Part shown: piece after piece, positions 18,714-27,485 of the stretch | Position numbering within the stretch: position 1 is the stretch's first letter | How the letters are laid out: every line of letters begins with the position of its first letter | DNA from: Oscillospiraceae bacterium | Lineage (GTDB): Bacteria > Bacillota > Clostridia > Oscillospirales > CAG-272 | Reading direction: 5' to 3' | Assembly (NCBI GenBank): GCA_015065135.1 | Contig: SVQY01000003.1 | Location: 12,667 to 76,666 of the forward strand | Length of the DNA: 64,000 bases | Translations under genes and position numbers: made by a program | The notes under the pieces: model-generated | The model's database searches: none | What the model was told of the DNA's origin: nothing | What the model saw: only the letters and a program-made list of their open reading frames with translations

Positions 18714-18747
18714 TGGAAAAAAGTCGCCCCGTTGGGCGACTTTTTCT
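18714..18747 (+). terminator. intrinsic terminator
   Basis: AAGTCGCCC-cgtt-GGGCGACTT followed by a T-run. Confidence 0.8.
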
Positions 18748-18827
18748 TGTTTGGAAGAAAGTTACACGCTATCTGACAGCGTATTCACAAAATGCCCACA
18801 TTTCTTTGATCTTCTGCAAACAAAATT

Positions 18828-19313
18828 GTGTTAAAATGGAGCAAAAATGGGGGTACGTATGTGAAAAACAAAGAATTTTACGGGTTGATAGAGGATATTT
18901 TGGCATCGCCGGATTTCCGAAGCCTGCGGCATTGTCGTCACCACGTGCGCTCCAACGTCTATGACCATTCGCTGAAGGTGGCTTATCTGTGCTATCGGCA
19001 TCACAAGCGCTTTGGCAGTCGCATACCATTGGCGGAGTTTGTGCGGGGAGCATTGTTGCACGATTTTTATCTTTATGACTGGCATGACGATTGGCCACTG
19101 CACCGTTGGCACCTATTTGCTCATGCAGATATTGCGCTGCAAAACGCTGTGCGAGCTTATCCTGCACTTACATATGTGCAACGGGATATGATACGAAATC
19201 ATATGTTTCCTGTCACGCCGCACCGAGTACCAAGAACCGCCTCCGGCTGGTGGCTTTGTTTTTACGATAAGGTGGCGGCGATCAGCGACTATCTTGGTAT
19301 TAAAAAAGTATAG
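18828..19313 (+). CDS. HD-domain phosphohydrolase (small, stand-alone)
   Basis: H..VR..V.DHS..VA......ALLHDFYLYD pattern (H...HD). The start may be GTG 18861. Confidence 0.65.
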   Translation: MLKWSKNGGTYVKNKEFYGLIEDILASPDFRSLRHCRHHVRSNVYDHSLKVAYLCYRHHKRFGSRIPLAEFVRGALLHDFYLYDWHDDWPLHRWHLFAHADIALQNAVRAYPALTYVQRDMIRNHMFPVTPHRVPRTASGWWLCFYDKVAAISDYLGIKKV

Positions 19314-19406
19314 TTTGCCATTTTGTAAATTTTTTGGCTTATGCATTGTGCTTTTCGTTGTAATATGATATAATCAAAAAGATATTTGCACGAAAGGAGG
19401 AGGACT

Positions 19407-20189
19407 GTGAGCGTAGGGGTCAAAATATTCGTATCCATTTTAGCAGGGCTTGGCGCCGGCGTCGGTACCGGATTTGCCGGTATGAGTGCCGCAGCGGTGA
19501 TCTCGCCTATGCTGATCATTTTTCTGAAGCTGCCCGCATACGATGCGATCGGCATCGCCTTGGCCAGCGATGTGCTTGCCAGCGCCATCAGTGCCGCCTC
19601 TTACGGAAAAAACAAAAAGATCGATCTGAATAACGGCTCAATCATGATGTTTGTGGTGATGGTCTTTGCCATCGTCGGTAGTTTTTTCGGCCAGCTGATG
19701 CCGGATAACGAGATGGGCGTGATCTCACTTGTGATGATGCTGATCCTCGGTGTCAAGTTCTTGATCAAACCGATCATGGCACCCAAGGCGGCGCTGGAGC
19801 AGCGCAGCCGCGCTAAGATGATCTTTTTCTCGGTGCTTTGCGGCATTCCGGTTGGCTTCGTCTGTGGCTTTGTCGGCGCGGGAGGCGGTATGATGATGCT
19901 TCTGGTGCTGACCGTGTTCCTCGGATACGGTCTGAAAACGGCTGTTGGCACCAGCGTGTTCATCATGACCTTTACAGCTCTGACCGGAGCGCTGACCCAC
20001 TTCTGGCGTTCCACCAATGAGCCCGACTGGGCTTGTCTCATCACCTGTGTGGTCTCCACATTGGCCTTTGCCTGGCTCTCCTCGCTGATCGCCAACCGCT
20101 CTGATCCCAAGCTGCTCAACCGTATCGTCGGTGTGGTGCTGCTGATCATCGGTGCGACGATGACGGTCTTTAAATTGGTCATTGGTTGA
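19407..20189 (+). CDS. TauE/SafE (TSUP) family anion exporter
   Basis: Polytopic membrane protein with duplicated halves, each carrying the G.G.G..G.GGG-type motif (GLGAGVGTGFAGMS; GFVGAGGGMMM). GTG 19407 follows AGGAGGAGG. Confidence 0.7.
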   Translation: MSVGVKIFVSILAGLGAGVGTGFAGMSAAAVISPMLIIFLKLPAYDAIGIALASDVLASAISAASYGKNKKIDLNNGSIMMFVVMVFAIVGSFFGQLMPDNEMGVISLVMMLILGVKFLIKPIMAPKAALEQRSRAKMIFFSVLCGIPVGFVCGFVGAGGGMMMLLVLTVFLGYGLKTAVGTSVFIMTFTALTGALTHFWRSTNEPDWACLITCVVSTLAFAWLSSLIANRSDPKLLNRIVGVVLLIIGATMTVFKLVIG

Positions 20190-20195
20190 TACATA

Positions 20196-20226
20196 AAGTG
20201 GCGTGCAATGCACGCCACTTTTTTGA
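20196..20226 (+). terminator. intrinsic terminator
   Basis: AGTGGCGTGC-aat-GCACGCCACT followed by TTTTTT. Confidence 0.85.
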
Positions 20227-20283
20227 TTGACGAAAGCGGCGGAATGTGATATACTTAACCTATCAAGACAATGGAGGCACAGT

Positions 20284-21561
20284 ATGATCGTCAGCTTTCC
20301 TTACGGTAAGACCCATTTGAATTATGATTTTTCGGGCGAGCGCTTCCAAGGAACATTGGTGTCCGGCTTGCACGACTACGTTCCTACAGAGCAGGGAGTC
20401 GCTTTGATCAAAAGCGCTATGGCCGCTCCCATTGGCTCACCTCGGCTTGCCGAGCTGGCAAAGGGCAAAAAACGGATCGTGATCATCGCCAGCGATCATA
20501 CCCGCCCTGTCCCCAGCAAGGTCATCATTCCGCCGATGCTGGAGGAGATCCGCAGCGTCAGCCCGGAGGCGGAGATCACATTGCTGATCGCCACCGGCTG
20601 TCACCGCAACACGAAGCGTGAGGAGCTGGTAGAAAAATTCGGCGAGGAGATCGTGGCTCGCGAGCGGATCGTGGTGCACGATTGCGCCGATGACCGGAAC
20701 CTTGTTCAGATCGGTATTCTGCCCTCGGGCGGCGAGCTTTGGATCAACCGCCTGGCATACGAGGCGGATCTGCTGCTGGCAGAGGGCTTTATCGAGCCGC
20801 ATTTCTTTGCCGGCTTTTCGGGTGGGCGCAAGAGCGTGCTGCCGGGCGTTGCCGCCAGAGCCAGCGTGTTGGCCAATCATTGCTCCGAGTTTATCGCTCA
20901 CGAGCGTGCCAGAACAGGTATTCTGGAGGGCAATCCCGTACACCGTGATATGCTTTTTGCCGCCAAGGCCGCAAAGCTTGCCTACATCGTCAACGTAGTG
21001 ATCAACGAGAAAAAGGAGGCCATTTATGCGGTGGCGGGAGACGTGGAGGAGGCACATCTTGCCGGATGCGCCTTCTTATCAAAGCTCTGCCGTGTCAGCC
21101 CCAAGCCTGCCGACGTAGTCATCACCACCAACGGCGGCTATCCGCTGGATCAGAATATCTATCAGGCGGTCAAGGGCATGACGGCTGCTGAGGCTACGGT
21201 CAATGAGGGCGGTGTGATCATTATGCTGGCCAGATCCAATGATGGGCACGGTGGTGAGCAGTTCTACAAGCAGCTTGCAAGCGAGCCGGATATTGCCAAA
21301 ACGATGCAGACCTTTTTGCGGCGTGGTCGCAATGAGACGGTGCCGGATCAATGGCAGACTCAGATCTTTTTGCGGATATTGCAGCGAGCGCAGGTGATCT
21401 ACGTATCGGAGGCCCCCGATGCGTTGATCCGTGAAATGCATATGACCCCCGCCAAGGATATTGGCGAGGCACTTGCCATTGCCAAGCAGATGCTGGGCAA
21501 GACGGACCCTACCGTTACCGCCATCCCCGACGGCGTTGCCGTAATGGTGGTGGATGCATAA
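20284..21561 (+). CDS. larA: nickel-pincer-dependent lactate racemase family protein (LarA)
   Basis: 425 aa. MIVSFPYGK...IIASDHTRP...ATGCHR...EPHFFAGFSGGRKSV..PG motifs match LarA/DUF2088. Start at ATG 20284 behind GGAGG. Confidence 0.8.
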   Translation: MIVSFPYGKTHLNYDFSGERFQGTLVSGLHDYVPTEQGVALIKSAMAAPIGSPRLAELAKGKKRIVIIASDHTRPVPSKVIIPPMLEEIRSVSPEAEITLLIATGCHRNTKREELVEKFGEEIVARERIVVHDCADDRNLVQIGILPSGGELWINRLAYEADLLLAEGFIEPHFFAGFSGGRKSVLPGVAARASVLANHCSEFIAHERARTGILEGNPVHRDMLFAAKAAKLAYIVNVVINEKKEAIYAVAGDVEEAHLAGCAFLSKLCRVSPKPADVVITTNGGYPLDQNIYQAVKGMTAAEATVNEGGVIIMLARSNDGHGGEQFYKQLASEPDIAKTMQTFLRRGRNETVPDQWQTQIFLRILQRAQVIYVSEAPDALIREMHMTPAKDIGEALAIAKQMLGKTDPTVTAIPDGVAVMVVDA

Positions 21562-21562
21562 C

Positions 21563-21599
21563 AAAAAATGCGGAAACGTATCACGTTTCCGCGTTTTTT
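21563..21599. terminator. bidirectional intrinsic terminator
   Basis: GCGGAAACG-tatca-CGTTTCCGC flanked by an A-run and a T-run, between convergent genes. Confidence 0.8.
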
Positions 21600-21601
21600 G
21601 G

Positions 21602-22171
21602 TTATCGGAAGAAGCACGCACCGGCAGCTCCCGAGAGCAGGATCAGCAGTATGAGGGAGGGGCCTTTTTTTCGCAAAAGCCGGTAGAGCAGCGAGAAAAG
21701 CACCAGCGCGGCCAGAAGCAGCGCACTTTTCCAGTCGAAGGCAAAAGTGCTGTGGATCGTCTCGATGCCGGTCAGCTTGGATAGCATCATACCGATGCCG
21801 GTGGCCAGGATCAGGCCGACGATGCAGGGATGTACACCGTTCATGACCGCCTTGACGCCTTCGCGCTTCATCAGACTTGCAGCAGCGGCAGCAATGATCA
21901 GAATGATGATAAAGGAAGGCAATACGATCCCCAACGTGGCAAAAAAAGCGCCCCAGATGCCCCCTTGCGAGGAGCCGATAAAGGTAGCAATGTTGACGGC
22001 GATAGGGCCGGGAGTGGATTCCGAAACGGCGATGAAATTCAGTAGCTCGGCCTCGGTCATCCAGCCGTTTGATGTTACACTTTCGCAGATCAGCGAGATC
22101 ATACTGAGGCCGCCGCCAACAGAGACGGCACCGATCTTGAGAAAGGTGAGAAAAAGCTTCAGATAGATCAT
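21602..22171 (-). CDS. chromate transporter (short CHR family, second half-gene)
   Basis: FLKIGAVSVGGGLSMI... and ESTPGPIAVN motifs. 189 aa. Overlaps the upstream paralogue by 4 nt. Confidence 0.8.
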   Translation of the reverse strand: MIYLKLFLTFLKIGAVSVGGGLSMISLICESVTSNGWMTEAELLNFIAVSESTPGPIAVNIATFIGSSQGGIWGAFFATLGIVLPSFIIILIIAAAAASLMKREGVKAVMNGVHPCIVGLILATGIGMMLSKLTGIETIHSTFAFDWKSALLLAALVLFSLLYRLLRKKGPSLILLILLSGAAGACFFR

Positions 22172-22740
22172 TCCCGTCCCCTCCCTTCGCGCAGCCTGCC
22201 AATGGCGTAAACGGTCAGTCCAAGTGCGCCGCTGATCAGGATCAGAAATATAGAGGAGAAGTTAATGGCAAACAGATCGATCGCCAGCATGGCACATATC
22301 GTTAGTGCCATAACGGTCATAGAAAACGGGGTTTTCTTTAATTTTATCAGCATTTTTATGCCCGCTGACAGAATGAGGAATATTACGCAGACCTGGATGC
22401 CGCGGAAGGCCGCTGCCACCCAACCGATCGCCAGAAAGCGGTCGAAGAACAGAGAGATCACATAGATGATCGAAAAGGAGGGAATACAGACGCCCAGCGT
22501 GGCAAGAAGCGCGCCCGGCAGCTTGCCGGTCTTGTAGCCGACGTAGGTAGCGATATTGATAGCGATGGGGCCCGGAGTGGATTCCGCAATAGCGACCATG
22601 TTCACGAATTCCTCTTGCTCCATCCACCTTTTCTTTTCAACAAGCTCGTTTTCCAGCAGGGCGATCATGGCATATCCGCCGCCAAAGGTGAAAAGGCCGA
22701 TCTTCAGCATGGTCCAGAATAGGCGCATTGTGTTTTTCAC
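22168..22740 (-). CDS. chromate transporter (short CHR family, first half-gene)
   Basis: MLKIGLFTFGGGYAMI and ESTPGPIAIN motifs. Paired short-CHR arrangement like B. subtilis ywrAB. GTG 22740 follows AAAGGAGAA. Confidence 0.8.
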   Translation of the reverse strand: MKNTMRLFWTMLKIGLFTFGGGYAMIALLENELVEKKRWMEQEEFVNMVAIAESTPGPIAINIATYVGYKTGKLPGALLATLGVCIPSFSIIYVISLFFDRFLAIGWVAAAFRGIQVCVIFLILSAGIKMLIKLKKTPFSMTVMALTICAMLAIDLFAINFSSIFLILISGALGLTVYAIGRLREGRGRE

Positions 22741-22897
22741 CGCGATTCTCCTTTCGCAAAAAGATATTTTTATTATATCACGATCGCGCATTTTCGTCAA
22801 CTTTTTGCGTATGCGGCGAGCGTAAGACCTCTAAAGCATGAAATGGCCATAGGCATTTCGGGCTTTGCGCGAAAGAATAAATAGCTTGATAAAAAAC

Positions 22898-22926
22898 TTG
22901 ATTATGAGAGAGTATTATGCTACAAT
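22898..22926 (+). promoter_or_regulatory. putative promoter of the two-gene RyR/HD/SLOG-like operon
   Basis: TTGATT (22898-22903), 17 nt, TACAAT (22921-22926) with TGc extended -10. RBS AAGAGGAG lies 6 nt before ATG 22965. Confidence 0.55.
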
Positions 22927-22964
22927 GAAATCAGTTTCACAATAAATATTAAGAGGAGCCTCAT

Positions 22965-25205
22965 ATGTATCTGATATTGTCTCTTTTGTGCATGATCCTG
23001 CTGTGCGGCATATTGATCGGCTTTCTGGTCGCCTTCTGGCGTCGGGATCGCAGTGGCAAGATCGCGTTTGTCCGCGATTTTAAAAAAGGCAGCTGCGCCA
23101 TCATTTATTTGGCAGCGATCCCGATCTACTGCATTGGTCATTTGCACGCGGGTCAGAAATTTTTGGATGCGTTTTTTCTCGCGATCAATAAGGTCGCGAA
23201 TCTGGTAGCGCTGCGTTACGATAGCTCTACCGTGCGTGGCCTTATGGAGCAGGAGCGGCTTTTTGCTGTGGTGCTGTATTTCTGCTTCTTTATGGTGGCA
23301 GCCAATGCGGTAATGTTCACCGTTTCCTTCCTGCATCAAAGGATCTGGGCGCTTTGGCAGCGCCGCTTGTGGAGCAAGGAGCGCGGCGAAAAGCTGCTGA
23401 TCATTGGCAATAACGACGGTAGCTGCCGGATCTATGCCTCCGAGCGCCGGCGGATGAAGGCGATCCTGGCACCGCTCACCAAAGAGGAGCAGAGTGATCT
23501 GTTTATGAAGGGCATCCGTTTTCTGACGGCCGGAAAGAAGCAGAACGTGTGTCTGCAGCTTCTGGATCAGTGCCTGGACCCGCAGCAGAACAGCTCCTGC
23601 ATCATTGTGATCAATACCGAGGATGATGAAGAGAATCTGGCCCTTGGCTATCGGATCGTAAAGCATACCGAAAATGCGATAAAAAGCCGCCGTCCGGAGG
23701 AGGTCGCAGAGCTGCTTGCTCGCGTGCGCGTGTATGCCTTCGGTCATCCGGATCACGAGGAGCTTTATCACGAGCTGGAAAAGGAATCCAAGGGCATTGT
23801 GCGCCACATCAACAAGTATCGCCGTATCGCGATGGACTTTGTGGAGCAATATCCGCTCACGCAATTTATGACCGAGAAGCAGCTGGACACCGAGAACTTT
23901 GTAGTCCGCGACGGTGTTGGCATCAATATGCTGATGATCGGCTTTGGTAAGACCAACCGCCAGATCTTTATGACATCGCTTGCCAATAATCAGTTTTTGA
24001 GGATGGCGAATGGCGAGCGCGTGCTGCAGCAGGTCAACTATCACATTTTTGACAAGGAGCGGCCGGAGAACAACAAAAATCTCAATCACAGCTATGCGCG
24101 GTTCAAAAACGAGCTCGGCGATATCATCAAGGCAGAGGCCGCGCTCCCGAAGGAGCAGCAGCGCTATCTGCCGTTCCCTGAAATGCCTGCTTTGGAGCAC
24201 TCCCATCCGCTGGACATCAACGATCCGGATTTTTATAAAACGGTACGCGGGATCCTGACCGCCGAAGGCGCCTACAACTATATCGTGATCGCCTTTGGCA
24301 CCGATATGGAGAACGTGGATATGGCCAACAAGCTGATCGAAAAGAAGGACGAATGGGGAGCGCATCAGACCAGATTGTTCGTAAAAGTACGTAACGGTAG
24401 CAGATTTTTCCCCATTTTCAAGAGAAACGATTGTTTTATGATCGGCGACGAGGCGCGGGTGGTCTATAGCATCGGTCATATTGATGACAATGAGCTGATC
24501 AAAATGGCGATGAAGCGCAACCGCACCTATGCCATTGAAAAGAACCGTGTCAAGGCTACCAAGGCTCAGGCCGCAGGAGAGCCGATGTCTCCGCTTACAA
24601 AGGAAGAAGTCGCGGAGATCTGTGCGCTGGCGGATTACGAATGGTATAATGAAAAAACGCCCTTTGAAAGAGAATCCAACCTGTATGCGTGCCTCAGTCT
24701 GCGCTCCAAGCTACATATGATGGGATTGGATGCGGTGCCCGGAGACATTCAAACGAGTGGTGCGCTGCAGGATAATGATGCCTATTGGAGCGTGTATGCC
24801 GCAGGCGATCTCCCGGCTCTCTTGCCCGGTCTGACGGTGGACGGCAAGGCTGTTGTGGATCCTTATGTGGCACATCCCGAATCCCGGCGCACCACGATGG
24901 CGATCCAGGAGCATTATCGTTGGAACGCATTTATGATCAGTAAGGGCTTTGTTCCTGCCGACAAGAATACCATCCTGACCGCACCGAAAAACGGAAAGGA
25001 TTATCATATCCGCCGTCACGGCAATCTGACCACCTTTGAGGGCTTGGTGGATTTCCGCCGCCTGCTGGCTGCACGGGACGGAGATGACGAGATGAACCAC
25101 GACGTGATCAAATATGACTATCAACTGCTGGACGATGCCTATTGGCTGCTGAGCAAGCACGGATTTGCAGTGGTAAGGAGGGAAAAGAATGCAGTCACTG
25201 ACTGA
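22965..25205 (+). CDS. membrane protein: 3 N-terminal TM helices + two Rossmann-like (TrkA_N/KTN-like) segments + C-terminal RyR-like domain; function unknown
   Basis: Hydrophobic helices at aa 1-25, 43-60 and 99-122. KLLIIGNNDGS and NMLMIGFGKTNRQI beta-strand/Gly-loop starts. C-terminus FERESNLYACLSLRSKLHMMGL then AIQEHYRWNAFMISKGF...HGNLTTFEGL, resembling bacterial RyR (PF02026-type) modules. 746 aa. Confidence 0.55.
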   Translation: MYLILSLLCMILLCGILIGFLVAFWRRDRSGKIAFVRDFKKGSCAIIYLAAIPIYCIGHLHAGQKFLDAFFLAINKVANLVALRYDSSTVRGLMEQERLFAVVLYFCFFMVAANAVMFTVSFLHQRIWALWQRRLWSKERGEKLLIIGNNDGSCRIYASERRRMKAILAPLTKEEQSDLFMKGIRFLTAGKKQNVCLQLLDQCLDPQQNSSCIIVINTEDDEENLALGYRIVKHTENAIKSRRPEEVAELLARVRVYAFGHPDHEELYHELEKESKGIVRHINKYRRIAMDFVEQYPLTQFMTEKQLDTENFVVRDGVGINMLMIGFGKTNRQIFMTSLANNQFLRMANGERVLQQVNYHIFDKERPENNKNLNHSYARFKNELGDIIKAEAALPKEQQRYLPFPEMPALEHSHPLDINDPDFYKTVRGILTAEGAYNYIVIAFGTDMENVDMANKLIEKKDEWGAHQTRLFVKVRNGSRFFPIFKRNDCFMIGDEARVVYSIGHIDDNELIKMAMKRNRTYAIEKNRVKATKAQAAGEPMSPLTKEEVAEICALADYEWYNEKTPFERESNLYACLSLRSKLHMMGLDAVPGDIQTSGALQDNDAYWSVYAAGDLPALLPGLTVDGKAVVDPYVAHPESRRTTMAIQEHYRWNAFMISKGFVPADKNTILTAPKNGKDYHIRRHGNLTTFEGLVDFRRLLAARDGDDEMNHDVIKYDYQLLDDAYWLLSKHGFAVVRREKNAVTD

Positions 25206-27477
25206 GCTTTGTAAGCGCTTTTTCGTTGATTTTGCTTCGAAAAAAACGGACGGGACCGATATGGCTTGCTTCCGCCGTGCCGTGGAGCAATTCTGCGAAA
25301 GCGGCAAAAAGGAGGATGCCTTTTCCGTTTATTTTTGCTACAACGAGGTCTTTCACCTGCTGGGCGAGGGGTATGAAAATACCAAAAAGCTGCTGGAGCT
25401 GCTGGCGGATCACGAATACCACGCAGGCGAGCTGCTGAAAAAGCATCGGGATCATTATTCCCACTCTGCGTATGTGTTCGTGCTCGGCCTTGCGATCTAT
25501 GCGGGGGATGCGACCTATCGTCGCGCTTTTTGTCGCCATTATGGCTTTGACGAGGCCGACAAGGAGGAGTTCCTGTATCTGTGGGGCATGACCGCGCTTT
25601 TCCACGACATTGGCTATCCGTTTCAGCTGGCCTACGAGCAGGTCCAATCTTATACCGAGAACGTGTGGGGCCCCAAGCATCCGGATTCCCCCTATGTGAC
25701 CTTTGGCAATCTGACCGCCTTCTGGCGTATCGACCCGGAAAACGCTATGTATATCCGATCGGCTCTGCACACCGATGCTAAGTTTGAAAGCATCAACGAT
25801 CTGCTGGCATACGGTATGGATCGCAAACTGGGCTACTCGCAGGAGCTGATGCGCCCCTTGCTGGAAAAGCGCGTCAAGCAGCAGACCGAGTATATGGATC
25901 ACGGCTATTTCAGCGCGGTTCTGTTGGCCAAGCAGATGTTTGAAAAGAGCTACCGGGATTTTACCAAAAATATTTTGGATGTGCTGACGGCGATCCTGCT
26001 GCACAACAGTCTGAACAAATACGACCTGCCAAAACAGCAATTTCCCAACGCGCATCCGATCGATCTGGAGGAGCATCCGTTGGCGCATCTGCTGATGCTG
26101 TGCGATGAGCTGCAGTGCTGGGATCGCGAGGCCTTCGGTATGGTCAGTAAACGGGACCTGCAGCCGTGGAAGGCAGCCTTTGAGATCAAGGATAACGCTA
26201 TCGAGGCAAGGTTCTGGTTTGAGCGGTATAAGCTGGATGAGAGAGATGAAGCAGATGCACGCAGCGTGACCTATATCAAAGACGGTAAGCTGGCCGAGGA
26301 CCTTGCCTCCTGGCTTTCCCGCTCACCGAGGATCATTACCGATACCGCCGAGCAGAAGAAGGATAAGAAGGTCAACAGCTTTGCTTCCTCGGATAAATTC
26401 ATCAATCTTTGCGATTTTGCCAAGGCGATCCACAAGAGCTATACCGAGAGCTGTCAGCAGGAGAAGATCCAACATCTGGATGAGGCCTTTGGCGAGCTTT
26501 CGCTGGAGATGAAGATCTCCAACATCGAGCAGGCAAAATCCTATGCGCAAAAGCTGGAGCTGATCAATTGCTTTTATAGCGACAAGGATCTGGACTATCC
26601 CATCGTATATGATTTTGGGGAAAACAGGGACGAGGAAACGCTGAAAAAGCGAGACGATGCAGGATTTTTGTGCCGTGAGGAGCACGTGCGCTGGGTGCGC
26701 GAAAAGCTGGCGATGGGCTGGCGTTATGGCCGCTCCTATATTACCCGCAACGAGGACGGCACGCTTTTCTATGACAGAAAAAAACGCAACGAGCTGCGCG
26801 AGCATATGGATATCGTGCCCTATGAGCAGCTGAGCGAGGAGGAACGGCTGAAGGATGTGGCCGTTGTGCGCCATATGGTAGAGGTGCTGCGTGAACAGGG
26901 AAATATCCGCATTTATCGATACCGTTATGGGCGTAAGCCGAATCTGGAGATCGCCGGCGTCGGCCACCGCAATATCCATACGGACCTGGAACGGATCAAG
27001 GAGCAGGTGAAAAGGATCCTGACAGAATATCAAAAGAATTACCGTGTCATCGTGCGTACCTGCTATGCGGCAGGCGCGGATCAGTTGATCGCCGAATGCG
27101 CCAATGAGCTTGGCATTACGACCAAGGCGGTGCTGCCGATGGAATACGAGGAGTATATTGAAGCGGTGCACAAGGATGCAGAGAAGGTAGGGTATCGTTT
27201 TGACGACAAAGATGAGCTGCGTATGAGACACCTGCTGGCGCAGACTGCCGTTTGCAAGACGGTGGAGGATGCACGTCACACCTGGATGGAGGCCGGCAAA
27301 TATGTGATCGGAAAATGCGATAAGCTGATCGCGATCTGGGATGGATTGGAGACCAAGCTCTATAGCAGCGACGGCGACCCCATCAACCGCGGTGGCACCT
27401 ATCATTGCATTCATATGGCAAGACAACGCGGCCTTGAGGATGGCAAGGATATCCACATCATTTCTTGTGACAGATAA
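25189..27477 (+). CDS. multidomain protein: HD-type phosphohydrolase-like N-domain + RyR domain + YpsA/SLOG-like C-domain; function unknown
   Basis: HD pattern: HYSHSAYV...LFHDIGYPF...MDHGYFSA...LLHNSL...LLMLCDELQCWDR. RyR: EEHVRWVREKLAMGWRYG....HMDIVPYEQLSEEERLKD. C-terminus: AGVGHRNI...YAAGADQLIAECA...VLP...IAIWDG....GGT, like DUF1273/YpsA SLOG Rossmannoids. AAGGAGG lies 8 nt before the ATG, inside the end of gene A (17-nt overlap). 762 aa. Confidence 0.55.
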   Translation: MQSLTELCKRFFVDFASKKTDGTDMACFRRAVEQFCESGKKEDAFSVYFCYNEVFHLLGEGYENTKKLLELLADHEYHAGELLKKHRDHYSHSAYVFVLGLAIYAGDATYRRAFCRHYGFDEADKEEFLYLWGMTALFHDIGYPFQLAYEQVQSYTENVWGPKHPDSPYVTFGNLTAFWRIDPENAMYIRSALHTDAKFESINDLLAYGMDRKLGYSQELMRPLLEKRVKQQTEYMDHGYFSAVLLAKQMFEKSYRDFTKNILDVLTAILLHNSLNKYDLPKQQFPNAHPIDLEEHPLAHLLMLCDELQCWDREAFGMVSKRDLQPWKAAFEIKDNAIEARFWFERYKLDERDEADARSVTYIKDGKLAEDLASWLSRSPRIITDTAEQKKDKKVNSFASSDKFINLCDFAKAIHKSYTESCQQEKIQHLDEAFGELSLEMKISNIEQAKSYAQKLELINCFYSDKDLDYPIVYDFGENRDEETLKKRDDAGFLCREEHVRWVREKLAMGWRYGRSYITRNEDGTLFYDRKKRNELREHMDIVPYEQLSEEERLKDVAVVRHMVEVLREQGNIRIYRYRYGRKPNLEIAGVGHRNIHTDLERIKEQVKRILTEYQKNYRVIVRTCYAAGADQLIAECANELGITTKAVLPMEYEEYIEAVHKDAEKVGYRFDDKDELRMRHLLAQTAVCKTVEDARHTWMEAGKYVIGKCDKLIAIWDGLETKLYSSDGDPINRGGTYHCIHMARQRGLEDGKDIHIISCDR

Positions 27478-27485
27478 ACCCAAAA

